From an uncultured Bacteroidales bacterium (lineage in GTDB: Bacteria > Bacteroidota > Bacteroidia > Bacteroidales > Muribaculaceae): a DNA stretch of 64,000 bases. The stretch lies in assembly GCA_902776835.1 (NCBI GenBank), contig CACYRK010000027.1:12782-76781 (forward strand). Reading direction: 5' to 3'. The position numbers and the translations under genes were made by a program. This document shows, piece by piece, positions 62,602 to 64,000 of this stretch. The first letter of the stretch is position 1, and each line of letters opens with the position of its first letter. The notes below the pieces were generated by a model, which was given only the letters and a program-made list of their open reading frames with translations, did not search any database and had not been told where the DNA came from.

Positions 62602-62609
62602 TAATTTTG
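62602..62609 (+). promoter_or_regulatory. Orphan -7 promoter box (TAATTTTG), 355 nt upstream of the next CDS
   Basis: Exact TAnnTTTG in the usual T-rich context (tttttatttgtaattttg). No ORF of 60 aa or more follows before 62965. Confidence 0.4.
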
Positions 62610-62964
62610 CCATGTCGTTCAGAGTTTTTGTCTGTTTTTTTTCGCAGCACTAAATTAGGTAGAATCTCTGGCAAGGCTCATTCCTGGATTTTTTGTTTCT
62701 TGGGGTGTTATAAGTTTTGTTAAATCATAGTGCCGCGGAGTTAATAGTAATAAGAGCGTTTTGCCATATCTCTTTAAACTGAAAAAAATTAGCAAATAGA
62801 GAGGAGACCGTCAAGACGGTCTGTGCTGTTTCTTGGACTGTTTTCCGATATCTGCTTTCTTTTGGCATAAATTTTTTCGGTGACGAGTATGGTGAGTTCA
62901 GCCCACGCTTTCCATTTTAACCGTCTCGACAGGGCTGGGTGGGGCAACAATATAATTCAATATT

Positions 62965-63933
62965 ATGAAAAGATTTTCACTTTTTCTTCTGGCCATGATG
63001 GCACTGTCGCTCGGTACGTCGGCACAACGACTCTCCAGTTCCTATCTGCGTGGTGACGTCAATAATGACGGCATTGTGAACGGCTCCGACGTCAATGTGC
63101 TTATCAACATCTTGCTCGGCAAATATGTTGAGCCGACCTACCAACCTGTAGAAATTATGACCATTAACGGCGTGGAATTCACGATGGTGCTCGTCGAGCA
63201 TGGAACCTTTACCATGGGCGCGGCTGATGATGATAGCGATGCTGGCGACCGTGAGAAACCCGCCCATCAAGTCACCTTGACGCAAGACTTCTATATCGGC
63301 CAGACCGAGGTCACACAGGAACTGTGGCAAGCAGTGATGGGCAACAACCCAAGTTATTTCAATGAGAATGGCAGTTCGAGTGCAGGTTCAGCGCATACTG
63401 GCCATTATTTCGAGACCAATCTGCAGCGTCCTGTGGAGTACGTGTCGTGGAGCGATTGTCAGGAGTTTATCGCAAAATTGAACCAGATAACAGGCGGCTT
63501 ATTCCGCCTGCCTACCGAGGCTGAGTGGGAGTTCGCCGCTCGTGGCGGCAATCTTAGCCAGGGCTTCAAGTACGCCGGTAGCGACGACATTTCCGCCGTG
63601 GCTTGGTATTACGATAACACTTACGCACTCGGAACCAGCAATCCAGACTATGGCACCCACACTGTCGCCACACTGTCGCCCAACGAGTTAGGACTGTACG
63701 ACATGAGCGGCAATGTGTGGGAGTGGTGCCAAGATTGGTACAATTCAAACTACTACAGTGTCAGTCCAGAAAACGACCCAACAGGCCCCATGTATGGCAC
63801 AGATCCTGTGGCTCGCGGCGGTTGTTGGACACTCAAAGCCAGTGGTTCTCGCTTGTCGTATCGGGTCGCCCGAGGCCAAACGCGCCGTGACCGTGACCTG
63901 GGTTTCCGCCTCGCCCTTTCGCTCCCCCGTTAA
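62965..63933 (+). CDS. Secreted FGE/SUMF1-domain protein with one N-terminal dockerin-like repeat
   Basis: Signal peptide; GDVNNDGIVNGSDVNVLINILLG; FGE fold (RLPTEAEWEFAARGG, GNVWEWCQDWY, GFRLAL). Paralog of 56021..56983. Confidence 0.82.
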   Translation: MKRFSLFLLAMMALSLGTSAQRLSSSYLRGDVNNDGIVNGSDVNVLINILLGKYVEPTYQPVEIMTINGVEFTMVLVEHGTFTMGAADDDSDAGDREKPAHQVTLTQDFYIGQTEVTQELWQAVMGNNPSYFNENGSSSAGSAHTGHYFETNLQRPVEYVSWSDCQEFIAKLNQITGGLFRLPTEAEWEFAARGGNLSQGFKYAGSDDISAVAWYYDNTYALGTSNPDYGTHTVATLSPNELGLYDMSGNVWEWCQDWYNSNYYSVSPENDPTGPMYGTDPVARGGCWTLKASGSRLSYRVARGQTRRDRDLGFRLALSLPR

Positions 63934-64000
63934 AAAGCGAGATATTGCGGATGACCCCAGTGGGTTGCTCCATTTTGGCCGAAAGAAATGCCCATCTGCT

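Noticed and set aside
1-64000. Search for tRNA, rRNA, tmRNA, RNase P, SRP RNA, known riboswitches, integrases, phage or conjugation genes, toxin-antitoxin pairs
   Set aside because: I recognised none by eye in any intergenic region or ORF. A covariance-model scan (tRNAscan-SE, Infernal/Rfam) would be needed to exclude small RNAs definitively.

Overview
This is a 64-kb, GC-rich chromosomal segment that looks like a Bacteroidales (Bacteroidota) genome. The evidence: 29 exact TAnnTTTG -7 promoter boxes in front of genes, SpII lipoproteins, OmpA, C10 and C1 peptidases, a debranching-enzyme/GT4/GH57 glycogen cluster, and a Rho factor with a ~270-aa low-complexity insertion. I call 53 intact CDS plus one truncated pseudogene. 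I saw no rRNA, tRNA, CRISPR array, integrase or phage genes. The housekeeping backbone is rho-ruvX-def, nth, pheS, tilS, ybaK-aroC, tkt, yggS, rpmE (type B L31), ompA and a transketolase/MFS region. One correction to the ORF track: it omits the largest gene. A minus-strand ORF starts at ATG 4923 and stays open to position 1 (>=1640 codons). It encodes a signal-peptide-bearing giant surface protein. The unusual content is as follows. (1) Two paralogous RAYT-like HUH (Y1) transposase genes (26927..27790, 32819..33625). Each is bracketed by its own inverted hairpin (REP-like) repeats. Each carries an extra C-terminal domain that resembles the first half of the DprA/Smf fold. The 3' 311 nt are 96% identical between copies while the 5' parts are strongly diverged. 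(2) Dockerin-like Ca-binding repeats on four unrelated secreted proteins (DUF4886 hydrolase, C10 peptidase, two FGE/SUMF1-domain proteins). No cohesin partner is recognisable. (3) A CCA-adding-enzyme/HD protein fused in frame to a complete MGMT/Ogt, in an operon with a Fur-family regulator and divergent from an EptA-like gene across a mirror-symmetric promoter region. (4) A MITE-like element family with two copies, one of them a perfect 33-bp-arm palindrome with a 5-bp flanking duplication. (5) An AT-rich islet carrying an Arch_ATPase/DUF234 gene next to a 50-bp tandem repeat. (6) Three tandem OMP paralogs, one of them 5'-truncated. I cannot point to one unambiguous novel multi-gene system. 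The best candidates are the RAYT/DprA-like fusion genes with private REPs and the dockerin-tagged enzyme set. All family calls come from motif recognition by eye, not from database searches.
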